Below, in pieces: positions 8,973 through 17,634 of a stretch of DNA of 35,539 nucleotides. Location: contig DASVDK010000296.1 of assembly GCA_036381125.1 (NCBI GenBank), positions 1-35,539 on the forward strand, written 5' to 3'. The notes below the pieces were generated by a model that saw only the letters and a program-made list of their open reading frames with translations, was not told where the DNA came from and did not search any database. Each line of letters starts with the position of its first letter. Position 1 is the stretch's first letter. Both the position numbers and the translations under genes were made by a program. The DNA comes from Thermodesulfobacteriota bacterium. Its GTDB lineage: Bacteria; DASVDK01.

Positions 8973-10099
8973 GACCGCTGCCTCGCGGCCTCGACGGCGG
9001 CCCTGACCGCGTCGTCCATCAGGTCGCAGGGGGTGATGCCGAGCCGCGCCTTCACGAGCTCGATCGCCCGCGCCTCGCCGGTCCCGTGGATGGAGAACGC
9101 GACCGGGAGGCTCGGCGCGAGCGCCTCCCACCCGGCCAGGAAGCCCTCGATGATCACGTCGGTGCGTGCGTAGGCGCCGCAGAGGTTCACCAGGAGGCTC
9201 TTCACGCGGGGGTTCGCGAGGACGAGACCGAGCGCCTCGGTGGCGCGCCGGTAGTTCTGGCCGCCGATCTCGAGGAAGTTGGCCGGCCGCCCGCCGAAGT
9301 GGGCGACCGCGTCCATCGTCGCCATGGTGAGCCCCGCGCCGTTGGCGAGGACCCCCACGTCGCCGTCGAGCTCGACGAAGAGGAGCCCCTGCTCGGCCCC
9401 CCGGCGCTCGAGCTCGGTCCCGGCGTGGGCCGGCTTCGGCAGCTCCGGGTGGCGGCCGACCGCGGCGTCGTCGATCACCACCTTCGCGTCGAGCGCCACC
9501 ACCCCGCCTCCCGGCTCGAGCGCGAGCGGGTTCACCTCGACCAGGTCGGCGTCGGTCGACCGGTAGACGGCGTAGAGCGTCGAGAGGAGCCGCGCGACGC
9601 CGGCGGCCGCGGGCCCGAGGCCGGCGCCGCCGAGCGCCGCCTCGGCCTCCGCGACCTCGAGCGGACGCCGGATGTCGAGCGGGCGCTGGATCACCGCGCC
9701 GGGCCGGACGGCGAAGGTCTCCTCGATGTCGACACCGCCCTCGGTCGAGAAGAGCAGCACCGGGCAGCGGCGCGCCGCGTCGGTCACGACGGCGGCGTAG
9801 AGCTCGCGCGCGATGTCGACCCGCGCCTCCACGCGCACCGCGTCCACGCGGAAGCCGGACACGTCGGATCCCAGGAGGTCCTGCGCCGCGACCCGGGCGT
9901 CGTCGGGAGTCGCGGCGAAGCGGATCCCCCCGCCCTTGCCTCGCCGCCCCGCCGGGACCTGGGCCTTGACGACGACCGGCCGCCCGACGGCCCGGGCGGC
10001 CTCGGCCGCCTCGTCGGCGGTGGTCGCCCTCGCCCCGCCGGGGACGCGTACGCCCGCCCGGGCCAGGATCGCCTTTGCCGCCCCTTCCTCGAGGAACAC
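8969..10099 (-). CDS. Succinyl-CoA synthetase beta-like subunit; probable ADP-forming sulfoacetate-CoA ligase beta subunit
   Basis: ATP-grasp motifs VVKAQVPAGRRGKGGG, EGGVDIEE, EVNPL, ALDAK, plus NGAGLTMATMD and PANFLEIGG. The substrate call is inferred from context. Confidence 0.85.
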   Translation of the reverse strand: MFLEEGAAKAILARAGVRVPGGARATTADEAAEAARAVGRPVVVKAQVPAGRRGKGGGIRFAATPDDARVAAQDLLGSDVSGFRVDAVRVEARVDIARELYAAVVTDAARRCPVLLFSTEGGVDIEETFAVRPGAVIQRPLDIRRPLEVAEAEAALGGAGLGPAAAGVARLLSTLYAVYRSTDADLVEVNPLALEPGGGVVALDAKVVIDDAAVGRHPELPKPAHAGTELERRGAEQGLLFVELDGDVGVLANGAGLTMATMDAVAHFGGRPANFLEIGGQNYRRATEALGLVLANPRVKSLLVNLCGAYARTDVIIEGFLAGWEALAPSLPVAFSIHGTGEARAIELVKARLGITPCDLMDDAVRAAVEAARQRS

Positions 10100-10102
10100 G
10101 CC

Positions 10103-11545
10103 CTAGCTCCCGTACCGCCGGAGGTAGTCGCCCCAGAGCGCCTCGTCGGTCGGCTCCTCGAGCGGGATCGGGCGCGACACCAGGGTGTAGTTGAGGAAGT
10201 GGGTGTAGGTGAGGTTCTCGTTGATGGAGTCGCCGCCCCAGATGCCGCAGGCGAGCGTGAGGGTGAACCTGAGCCCGTTGTCGAAGGCGCCGCCGTTGCC
10301 GATGCAGTGTGCCTGGTTCACGAGAACGCGGCCGACCTTGATCGTCACCGACTCGGCGAGCCGCCGGACGTGCTCGTCGTTCCGCGTGTGGATGCCGCAG
10401 GAGTGCCCCTTGCCCTGGTAGTCGAGGATGCCCGCCACGGTGCGGATCGCCTCGTCGAACTCGCCGTACCGGTAGAGCGTGAGGACGACCGACAGCTTCT
10501 CGCCCGAGAAGGGGTAGGCCTTCCCGTAGCCCGTCTCCTCGACCATCAGGAACGCGGCCTCCCTGGCCTCCGGGCTCGTGAGCCCGGCCAGCTCGGCGAT
10601 CCGGGCCGGCGGCTTCGCCACCACCTCGCGGTTGATGGCGCCGTTCGTCCACATCACGGCCCCGAGCCGCGCCTTCTCCTCGGGGGTGCAGAGGTAGCCC
10701 CCCTGCCTGCGCAGCTCGGCCACCATCCGGTCGTAGACGCCGGCCTGGATGACGAGGGCGTTCTCGGAGGAGCAGGAGGTCGCGTAGTCGAAGGTCTTGC
10801 TCTTGCGGATCTTCACCGCCGCCGACGCGAGGTCGGCCGTCTCGTCCACGATGACCGCCGCGTTGCCCGTGCCGGCCGAGACGGCCGGGCGGCCGCTGCG
10901 GTAGGCCGAGCGGACCTTCGGCTGCCCGCCGGTGACGAGCACCAGGTCCACCTGCTTCATCAGCTCGTCCCCGAGGGCGCGGGAGCGCTTCGGGTTCGGG
11001 GCCTTCAGCACCTGCACGATGTCGAGCGGCGCGCCGACCTTCTTCAGCTCCTCGTGGACCAGGCGGACGACCTCGAGGCAGGTCTTCTCGCCCGAGGGGT
11101 GCGGGGAGAGGACGATGGCGTTGCGCCCCTTGAGGACGCACATGATGTTGTGGACCGGAGTCGCGGCCGGGTTCGTGAGCGGGACGAACGCCCCCACCAC
11201 GCCGATCGGCTTGGCGATCTTGACGAGGCCCCGCGCGGGGTCCTCCTCGACCACGCCGACCGACTTCGCCCCCGTGAGGTCGCGCATCGTCCCCTTGGTC
11301 TTGCGTCGCAGCTTCGAGACCTTGTCCTCGAGGCGGCCGAGCCGGCTCTCCTCCCACGCCATCCGCCCGAGCGCCTCGGCGTTCGCGTAGCCGGCCCAGG
11401 CGGCGCCGGCCACGACCGCGTCCGTACGCGCCTGGTCGAACGTCTCGAACTCCGCCTGTGCCGCGCGCGCGCGGGCGACGAGGTCGCGGACGTACTGCTG
11501 CTCGTTCACGTCGAGAACCGCCGTCCCGGACACCGTCGTCTCCAC
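10103..11545 (-). CDS. sauS: CoA-acylating aldehyde dehydrogenase, SauS-like sulfoacetaldehyde dehydrogenase (acylating)
   Basis: C-terminal 480 aa of ORF 10103..14845; GTG at 11545 after GGAGGGAG. PIGVVGAFVPLTNP, SKTFDYATSCSSEN (catalytic Cys), YPFSGEKLS, NQAHC..GGAFDNGL.F.L.L.CG.WGG resemble SauS as I recall it; lies in the xsc operon. Confidence 0.8.
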   Translation of the reverse strand: METTVSGTAVLDVNEQQYVRDLVARARAAQAEFETFDQARTDAVVAGAAWAGYANAEALGRMAWEESRLGRLEDKVSKLRRKTKGTMRDLTGAKSVGVVEEDPARGLVKIAKPIGVVGAFVPLTNPAATPVHNIMCVLKGRNAIVLSPHPSGEKTCLEVVRLVHEELKKVGAPLDIVQVLKAPNPKRSRALGDELMKQVDLVLVTGGQPKVRSAYRSGRPAVSAGTGNAAVIVDETADLASAAVKIRKSKTFDYATSCSSENALVIQAGVYDRMVAELRRQGGYLCTPEEKARLGAVMWTNGAINREVVAKPPARIAELAGLTSPEAREAAFLMVEETGYGKAYPFSGEKLSVVLTLYRYGEFDEAIRTVAGILDYQGKGHSCGIHTRNDEHVRRLAESVTIKVGRVLVNQAHCIGNGGAFDNGLRFTLTLACGIWGGDSINENLTYTHFLNYTLVSRPIPLEEPTDEALWGDYLRRYGS

Positions 11546-11556
11546 CGTGCTCCCTC

Positions 11557-12864
11557 CTACCAGTAGGTCAAGGCGTCCCGATAGATCCCCTTGAGGTCGT
11601 CCATGGTGATCTCGCGGGGGGCGTTGTGCAGGAGTCGCTTCTGGGGAAACGACCCCTCGGCCAGCGCGTCGATGTCGGCTTCCGAGTACCCCACCTCCCG
11701 CAGGCCGTTCGGCATGTGGGTCGCCTTCATGAGCCTGATGATGGTGTCGGCCAGGAGCCGGCCTGCGTCCCGGAGGTCCACGTCGGTCGTGTCGGCGCCG
11801 AGGAGCCCCGCCGCCTCGATGTGGCGCTCCGGGCAGGCCGGCGCCGTGAAGCGGAAGACGGCCGGCGCGTTCAGGATGACCGACATGCCGTGGGGGACCA
11901 TCGGCTTGGCCGGGTAGTCCTTCGCCCGGAAGTCGCGCACCATGCCGGACACGGAGTACGACATGCCGTGCGGCGCGTGGCAGCCCGCGTTGCCGAAGCC
12001 GATGCCGGCCAGCGTGGCCGCGAACATCATCTGCTCGCGCGCCTCGACGTCGTTCGGGTCGTTGACCGCCCGGACGATGTACCGGCCGGTGAGCCGCATC
12101 GCCTCGGCGCAGGCGATGTCGCTGTACGGGTTGGCCCCCTGCGAGGCCGGCCGCTGCCTCGGCTGGGCCGACCGGGCCCGCCTGGTGAAGGGCAGCGCCG
12201 TGTACGACTCGACCGAGTGGCAGAGGACGTCGAAGCCGCTGCACGCCACCACGGTGGCCGGCATGGTCTTCGTCACGGTGGGGTCGATGAGGCCGAGGAC
12301 CGGCCGGATCCGCCTCGACACGATCCCGGTCTTCGCGTGCATCGACGTGAGGTCGAAGATCGCGATCGGCGTGCACTCGGACCCGGTGCCGGAGGTGGTC
12401 GGCACGGCGATCAGCGGCTTCACCGGGCCGGGCACCGGCTTCGCCTTCCCGATGGGGGCGTTCACGTAGTCGAGGAAGTCGGCCGGGTACGTGGCGTAGA
12501 GGTTCGCCGCCTTGGCCGTGTCGATCACCGACCCCCCGCCGACGGCCACGTACCCGTCGAACTTCCCCTCCGTGGCGAACGCCGCCGCCTGCTTGAACGA
12601 CGCGTCGGTCGGCTCGACCGTGACCTGGTCGTAGAGGATGACCTCCACGCCGGCCCGGGCGAGCGACTCCTGCACGACGGCGACGTGCTCGGTCTTCGCC
12701 AGGTTCGCGTCGGTGAGGAGCATGACGCGCGTCATGCCGTGCACCTGCGCGTCGTCGCCGATCTCCCGGAGCACGCCCGGACCGTACTTGACCGCGTTCG
12801 CGTCCACGGAGAAGGCCGTGTCGCCTCCCTCCGCGAATGCGTAGTACCCGAATCCACAGGCCAT
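11557..12864 (-). CDS. Iron-containing (group III) alcohol dehydrogenase, hydroxyacid-oxoacid transhydrogenase (HOT/ADHFE1)-like
   Basis: [84 protein letters not shown]-subfamily motifs. Confidence 0.87.
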   Translation of the reverse strand: MACGFGYYAFAEGGDTAFSVDANAVKYGPGVLREIGDDAQVHGMTRVMLLTDANLAKTEHVAVVQESLARAGVEVILYDQVTVEPTDASFKQAAAFATEGKFDGYVAVGGGSVIDTAKAANLYATYPADFLDYVNAPIGKAKPVPGPVKPLIAVPTTSGTGSECTPIAIFDLTSMHAKTGIVSRRIRPVLGLIDPTVTKTMPATVVACSGFDVLCHSVESYTALPFTRRARSAQPRQRPASQGANPYSDIACAEAMRLTGRYIVRAVNDPNDVEAREQMMFAATLAGIGFGNAGCHAPHGMSYSVSGMVRDFRAKDYPAKPMVPHGMSVILNAPAVFRFTAPACPERHIEAAGLLGADTTDVDLRDAGRLLADTIIRLMKATHMPNGLREVGYSEADIDALAEGSFPQKRLLHNAPREITMDDLKGIYRDALTYW

Positions 12865-12909
12865 GGTGAGGGCCTCCGTCCGCGAGGCCGGGCTCGGGCC
12901 CGGCCCCGC

Positions 12910-14622
12910 CTATTGCCTGTACCTGGGGAGGTACCGGACCGGCTTCTTGAGGGCGTCGCGGCGGAACGGATCGGCCAGCTCCTCGCCGTCCACCATGATG
13001 TCGAGGACCGTCGGCCGCCCCGACCGAAGCGCCGCGGACACGGCGTCGCGCACCTCGCCCGGGTGCTCGATCCGGTGTCCGTCGGCCCCCATTGCGCGCG
13101 CGACCGCCGCGAAGTCGGGGTTCTTCAGATTGGTCCCGATGAAGCGGTTGTCGTAGTAGTCGATCTGGTTCTTCTTCTCGGCGCCCCACTGCATGTTGTT
13201 GAAGACGCAGGCGACGACCGGGATGTTCTCCTGGACGGCCGTGATGACCTCCTGCAGGCTCATCCCCCACGCCCCGTCGCCGACGATGGCCACGACCGGG
13301 CTCTTCGGCTCGGCGACCTTGGCGCCGAGGGCGGCCGGGTAGGCGAAGCCGCAGTTGCCGAAGGAGAGCGCCGCCAGGAAGCGCCGCGGCCTCTCGAACC
13401 CGAGGAAGCTGTTGGAGGTGGAGCAGACGTTGCCGATGTCGGTCGTGACGATGGTGTCGGGCGTGAGCGCCGCCGCCAGCTCCCTGAGGGCCCGCTTCGG
13501 GCTCATCGGCGTGCGCGACGAGGACGCCAGCTCGTCGAGCTCCTTCTGCCACTTCGCGTTCTCGGCCGCCACGAGCGCCCGGCGCTCCGCATCGGGCCTG
13601 CGCGCGCCGCCGTCGAGCGCCGTGAGCCGCGAGAGGATCTCCCGGGCCGCCTCCCTCGCGTCGCCCACGATGCCGCAGGCGATCGGCTTGGTGAGCCCGA
13701 GCTGCCGGTGGTCGATGTCCACCTGGATGATCTTCGCGGTCTTCGGGAAGTAGTCGAAGCCGTACTGGGGGAGCGTCCCGAAGATCGACAGCCGGGTGCC
13801 GAGGGCGAGGACCACGTCGGCCTTCGAGATGAGCTGCATCGCCGACTTCCACCCGCAGTAGCCGAGCGGGCCCGCCATGAGCGGGTGCGACGCCGGGAAG
13901 GCGTCGTTGTGGAGGTAGGACGTCACGACCGGCGCCGTGAGGTACTCGGCCAGGGCCTTCACCTCCGCGATGCCGTCGGCGATGACGACCCCCTGCCCGG
14001 AGATGATCACCGGGAACCTCGCGTCCTTGAGAATCCGCGCCGCCGCGTCGAGCGACGCGGCGCCGCCCGGGCCCCGATCGGCCCACCGGTACTGCTCGGG
14101 CCTCAGGATCTCGGTGTCGATCTCCGCATAGAAGAAGTCGCGGGGGATGTCCACCTGGGCCGGGCCGCGCTCGGCGATCGCGATCCGGAACGCCGTCCGG
14201 ACCGACTCGGCGATCCGGTCGGGCCGCGGCACGCGCACCTGGTACTTCGTGATCGGCTGGAAGATCGGGAGCTGATCGGTCTCCTGGAAGCCGTTCGTCC
14301 CGACCATCGTCGTCGAGGCGGCCGGCGAGAGCATGACGACCGGCGTGTGCGCGTGGTACGCCGCCGCGATCCCCGTGACCATGTTGGTGATCCCGGGGCC
14401 GTTCTGGGCCGTGCAGACGCCCGGCTTCCCCGACACGCGGGCGTAGCCGTCGGCCATGTGCGCCGCCGTCTGCTCGTGACGGACCGGCAGGAATCGGATC
14501 TCCGCCTTCGGGAAGATGTCGAGGGCGTCCATGAACGCCGACCCGACGATCCCGGTGATCACCTCGGTCCCTTCGGCGCGCAACTGCTCGACCAGCGCCT
14601 CGCTGGGGCTCATCACTGGCAT
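12910..14622 (-). CDS. xsc: Sulfoacetaldehyde acetyltransferase (ThDP-dependent)
   Basis: Start MPVMSPSEALVE at 14622 after GGGAGG. GIVGSAFMD, HEQ, AQNGPGITN, GFQE, YLHNDAFP, GTLPQYG, TDIGN, FGNCG, GDGAWGMS and QWGAEKKNQ are Xsc-diagnostic; pta is in the same operon. Confidence 0.94.
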   Translation of the reverse strand: MPVMSPSEALVEQLRAEGTEVITGIVGSAFMDALDIFPKAEIRFLPVRHEQTAAHMADGYARVSGKPGVCTAQNGPGITNMVTGIAAAYHAHTPVVMLSPAASTTMVGTNGFQETDQLPIFQPITKYQVRVPRPDRIAESVRTAFRIAIAERGPAQVDIPRDFFYAEIDTEILRPEQYRWADRGPGGAASLDAAARILKDARFPVIISGQGVVIADGIAEVKALAEYLTAPVVTSYLHNDAFPASHPLMAGPLGYCGWKSAMQLISKADVVLALGTRLSIFGTLPQYGFDYFPKTAKIIQVDIDHRQLGLTKPIACGIVGDAREAAREILSRLTALDGGARRPDAERRALVAAENAKWQKELDELASSSRTPMSPKRALRELAAALTPDTIVTTDIGNVCSTSNSFLGFERPRRFLAALSFGNCGFAYPAALGAKVAEPKSPVVAIVGDGAWGMSLQEVITAVQENIPVVACVFNNMQWGAEKKNQIDYYDNRFIGTNLKNPDFAAVARAMGADGHRIEHPGEVRDAVSAALRSGRPTVLDIMVDGEELADPFRRDALKKPVRYLPRYRQ

Positions 14623-14666
14623 GAACTGGCTTCCTCCCTGTTCGACGTGACGGTCGCGGACACGCG

Positions 14667-15461
14667 TCAGGATCGGCCGCGGCCCTCGCGCGACGCCTCG
14701 AGATACGCGCCGAGCTGGTCGGCCGCGGCGCGGAGATCGCCGAGGTGCTCGCGGGCCCTCGCGAGCGGCAGCCGGGCGCTCGGCGCCGAGACGGCGAGCC
14801 CCGCCAGCACCTTGCCCCGCCCGTCCCGCACCGGCACGGCGACACAGCAGACCCCGGCCAGGAACTCCTCGTTGTCCTCGGAGTGGCCGCGCGCCCGCGT
14901 GACGGCCAACTCGTCCTCGAGCCGGGCCCGGCTCGTGAGCGTGTTGCCGGTGCGAGGCTCGAGCGCCGCCACCATGAGGAGCCGCTCGCGCACCGCCTTC
15001 GGGGCGAAGGCGAGGAGTAGCTTCCCGATGGCGGTGCAGTGGATCGGCACCCGGCTGCCCGGCTTGAGCTCCATCCGCAAAGGCCACGACGACTCGACGC
15101 GCTCGAGGTACATCACCTCCCCCCCGTGCAGGACGCCGAGGTTCACCGTCTCGCCGAGCCGCTCCGAGAGCCGCTTGAGCACCGCCCGCCGGTTGCGGTG
15201 GACCGGAGCGGTCCGCAGCGCGTTCAGCGCCAGGCCGTCGAAGCGGCCCGCCACGACGTAGCGGCGCGCGAGGGGATCGCGCTCGATGAGCCCCTCCCCT
15301 TCGACGAGGGCGGCGAGGCGGTGCACCGTCGCCTTGGGCAGGCCGACCGCCCGGCTCAGCTCGGCCAGGCTGAGCGGCGCATCGGCCCCGGCCACGGCCG
15401 CGAGGATCCGCAGCGCCCGCACGACCGGCGAGTCAGCGGGGGATCCGTTTGTTCCACTCAC
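14667..15461 (-). CDS. IclR family transcriptional regulator (SauR-like)
   Basis: N-terminal HTH (RALRIL...LSLAELSRAVGLPKATVHRL), GETVNL, PIHCTAIGKLLLA, RGHSEDNEE. Confidence 0.92.
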   Translation of the reverse strand: MSGTNGSPADSPVVRALRILAAVAGADAPLSLAELSRAVGLPKATVHRLAALVEGEGLIERDPLARRYVVAGRFDGLALNALRTAPVHRNRRAVLKRLSERLGETVNLGVLHGGEVMYLERVESSWPLRMELKPGSRVPIHCTAIGKLLLAFAPKAVRERLLMVAALEPRTGNTLTSRARLEDELAVTRARGHSEDNEEFLAGVCCVAVPVRDGRGKVLAGLAVSAPSARLPLARAREHLGDLRAAADQLGAYLEASREGRGRS

Positions 15462-15489
15462 CGGAACGTCTCGTTCTGTTCACTGGATC
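15451..15489. promoter_or_regulatory. Two tandem candidate IclR operators (GTTC-N3-TCAC-N-GGA-N-C), 22 bp apart
   Basis: GTTCCACTCACCGGAAC (15451-15467, palindromic GTTCC-N7-GGAAC) and GTTCTGTTCACTGGATC (15473-15489) match at 12 of 17 positions and lie just downstream of the predicted -10. Confidence 0.55.
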
Positions 15490-15519
15490 AGCATGGAGTA
15501 CGGCAGCGGGCCGTGTCAA
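15490..15519 (-). promoter_or_regulatory. Candidate sigma70 promoter for the iclR-xsc operon
   Basis: TTGACA (15519-15514), 18 nt, CATGCT (15495-15490) on the minus strand. Confidence 0.55.
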
Positions 15520-15625
15520 CGCTTTTCAGAACGTGGTTCTTTCGCTGCGTCGCGGCCCGAGGCGAGCCGGCGTCCGACGCGCCTCGTCGGACGGGGCGTC
15601 TCGAGGCGGGCGGCGCGACGCCGCG

Positions 15626-16414
15626 TCAGATGCCGCGCGTCGTGCCGCCGTCGATGGCGATCGTGGTCGCGGTGACGTAGGTGTTGCGCGGGGAGGCGAG
15701 GAAGGCGATCAGCGGCGCGACCTCCTCCGGCGTGGCGAATCGGCCTGCCGGGATCTCGCGCAGGAACGCCTCGCGGGCGGCCTCGCGGCTGATGCCGGCG
15801 ATCCTCGCCCTGGCGTCGACGAGGTAGTCGAGCCGGCGCGTCTGCATCGGCGGCGGGCTCACCGCGGTGACGAAGACGTTCTCGGCCGCGAGCTTGCGGC
15901 CGAGGCCCTTCACGAAGCCGTTGAGGCCGGCGTTGGCGACGCTCGACGGGAGCGCGTCGGGGTCCGGGTCCCATCCCCGGTGCCCGTTGACGCAGACGAT
16001 GCGGCCGAAGCCGTTCGCCCTCAGGTACGGCAGCGCCGCGCGGGTCACGCGCACCTGGGCGAGGAGCTTGGACTCGAGGCTGAAGACCCAGTCCTCCTCC
16101 TCGAGGTCGAGGAACTCGCCGCTCCTCGCGGCGCCGAGGCTGTTGACCAGGATGTCGAGCCCGCCGAGCCGCCCCACCGCCTCGCCGACGGCTCGCTCGG
16201 CCTCGGCGCGCGTCGAGAGGTCGGCCTGCACCGTGACGACCGGCCTGCCGGCCGCCGCGGCGATCTCGGCCGCCGCGGCGTCGAGCGCCTCCCGACCGCG
16301 CGCGATGATCGCCACCCGCGCGCCCTCCGTGGCGAGGAGCGTCGCCGCCCCCTTCCCGATCCCCATGCTGCCGCCCGCGACGATGGCGCGGCGTCCTGCC
16401 AGGCCGAGGTCCAT
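15626..16414 (-). CDS. Short-chain dehydrogenase/reductase (atypical active site)
   Basis: MDLGLAGRRAIVAGGSMGIG, LDILVNS, IPAGRFATPEEVA, IAIDGG; the YxxxK position reads SSVAN. Confidence 0.88.
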   Translation of the reverse strand: MDLGLAGRRAIVAGGSMGIGKGAATLLATEGARVAIIARGREALDAAAAEIAAAAGRPVVTVQADLSTRAEAERAVGEAVGRLGGLDILVNSLGAARSGEFLDLEEEDWVFSLESKLLAQVRVTRAALPYLRANGFGRIVCVNGHRGWDPDPDALPSSVANAGLNGFVKGLGRKLAAENVFVTAVSPPPMQTRRLDYLVDARARIAGISREAAREAFLREIPAGRFATPEEVAPLIAFLASPRNTYVTATTIAIDGGTTRGI

Positions 16415-16473
16415 CTGCCCCTCCCGATCGTCTCGTGGGGCTCGGTCGCACGCCCGAGCCAGCTCCCTCGACG

Positions 16474-16502
16474 AGGCTAGGGTGTGGCCGGGGTCCTGTC
16501 AA
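16474..16502 (-). promoter_or_regulatory. Candidate sigma70 promoter for the SDR
   Basis: TTGACA (16502-16497), 17 nt, TAGCCT (16479-16474). Confidence 0.5.
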
Positions 16503-16572
16503 ACCGCGTGCTACTCACCTGTCGCGAAAGCCGTTGCGCCGATGGCGGCCGGCCGGGTAGACTCGCGGCGCC

Positions 16573-17565
16573 ATGAGCCGCGACCCGTCGACGGAGGCCG
16601 ACGACCGGGCCCTGGCCCGAGGCGTGGTCGATGCGCTTGCCGCCATCACCACGGTCGAGATGCGCCGGCACGCCTTCCTCAGGCGCCTGTCGGGGCTCGA
16701 GGCGCCGGAGGCGGCGGCCCTGCTGAACGGCGTCGTCCAGCTCGCCGTCGACCGGCACCGGGCGGCCGCCGCCCTGGTCCCCCTCGTCGGCGACCTGCGC
16801 GGCCTCGCCGAGGCGCTCGGGCAGGCGCGCATGGCGGCCGTCGTCGACGCCGCGCGGCGGACCGGTCGCGCCGACCTCCTGCGGCTCCTCACCAGTCGGA
16901 CCGCACGGCGCGCCTACGACGGTGCGCCCGAGACCGGCAGCACCTCGGGCCCCGCGAGCCTCCCCCTCGGCTGGCGCACGCAGCTCGGCCGGACCGGCTC
17001 TCGCGATACGCTCGACCGGCTCCTGTACGACCAGCAGCCGACCGTCATCGAGAACCTCCTCCGGAACCCCCGCTGTACCGAGCGCGAGGTCGTGCGGATC
17101 GCCGCACACCGCCCCACCTCGGCCGGCGTCCTGGCCGTGGTCTTCCGGCACCCGAAGTGGATCCAGCGCTACCAGGTGAAGCGGGCGCTCGCCCTCAACC
17201 CGTACGCCGCGCCCTCGCAGTCGATCGGGCTCTTGCCGTCGTTGCTCACGCAGGACCTCGAGTTGATCGCCCGCGACGAGACGCTGCACCACGACGTCGC
17301 GTCCGCCGCCGCGGCGCTCCTCGCCGCCCGCGGCATCGGCGCGCCGCCCCCGCGCGAGCCGGCACCGCCGCCGGTCCCCCCCTCCCCCGACGACGAGGCC
17401 GGCGAGACGCCGTACGACGAGGAGGACGGCGGCACGATCGAGGCCTCGCCCGAACTCAAGGCCGCCCTCGAGGCGGCCCTCAGGGACATCGAGGCGGTCG
17501 AGGCGCTGGCGGACGCCGCGGGCGAGGCGGCGGCGAAGGGGGGGCCGACGCGCAGCCGCGACTGA
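16573..17565 (+). CDS. Hypothetical helical-repeat protein with Pro-rich linker and acidic tail
   Basis: Natural composition, fills the gap between the SDR and the esterase. Repeated 'VIENLLRNP' / 'VKRALALNP' units suggest HEAT/ARM-like repeats. Candidate promoter TTGCGC-N18-TAGACT at 16534-16563. Confidence 0.7.
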   Translation: MSRDPSTEADDRALARGVVDALAAITTVEMRRHAFLRRLSGLEAPEAAALLNGVVQLAVDRHRAAAALVPLVGDLRGLAEALGQARMAAVVDAARRTGRADLLRLLTSRTARRAYDGAPETGSTSGPASLPLGWRTQLGRTGSRDTLDRLLYDQQPTVIENLLRNPRCTEREVVRIAAHRPTSAGVLAVVFRHPKWIQRYQVKRALALNPYAAPSQSIGLLPSLLTQDLELIARDETLHHDVASAAAALLAARGIGAPPPREPAPPPVPPSPDDEAGETPYDEEDGGTIEASPELKAALEAALRDIEAVEALADAAGEAAAKGGPTRSRD

Positions 17566-17634
17566 GCGGGGCGAGCCTCTACAATATCCCGACCACACCA
17601 GGGCTCACCGCCCTCTTCCCCGAGAGGACGCTCG

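Noticed and set aside
8079-10099. Housekeeping TCA-cycle sucCD
   Set aside because: Substrate-loop motifs diverge and the genes are coupled to sauS and pta rather than TCA genes, so no gene symbol was assigned.
8079-11357. 1092-aa ORF
   Set aside because: Only the last 297 aa (SucD-like) are real; the upstream part is an off-frame shadow of sauS and the SucC-like gene.
10103-14845. 1580-aa ORF as a giant fusion protein
   Set aside because: Only the last 480 aa are protein-like (SauS). The rest is an Arg/Gly/Pro-rich off-frame read of xsc and HOT, which have their own frames, RBSs and stops.
15464-15540. LexA/SOS boxes (GAAC-N4-GTTC)
   Set aside because: The spacings seen are N5 (15464-15476) and N3 (15529-15539), not N4.
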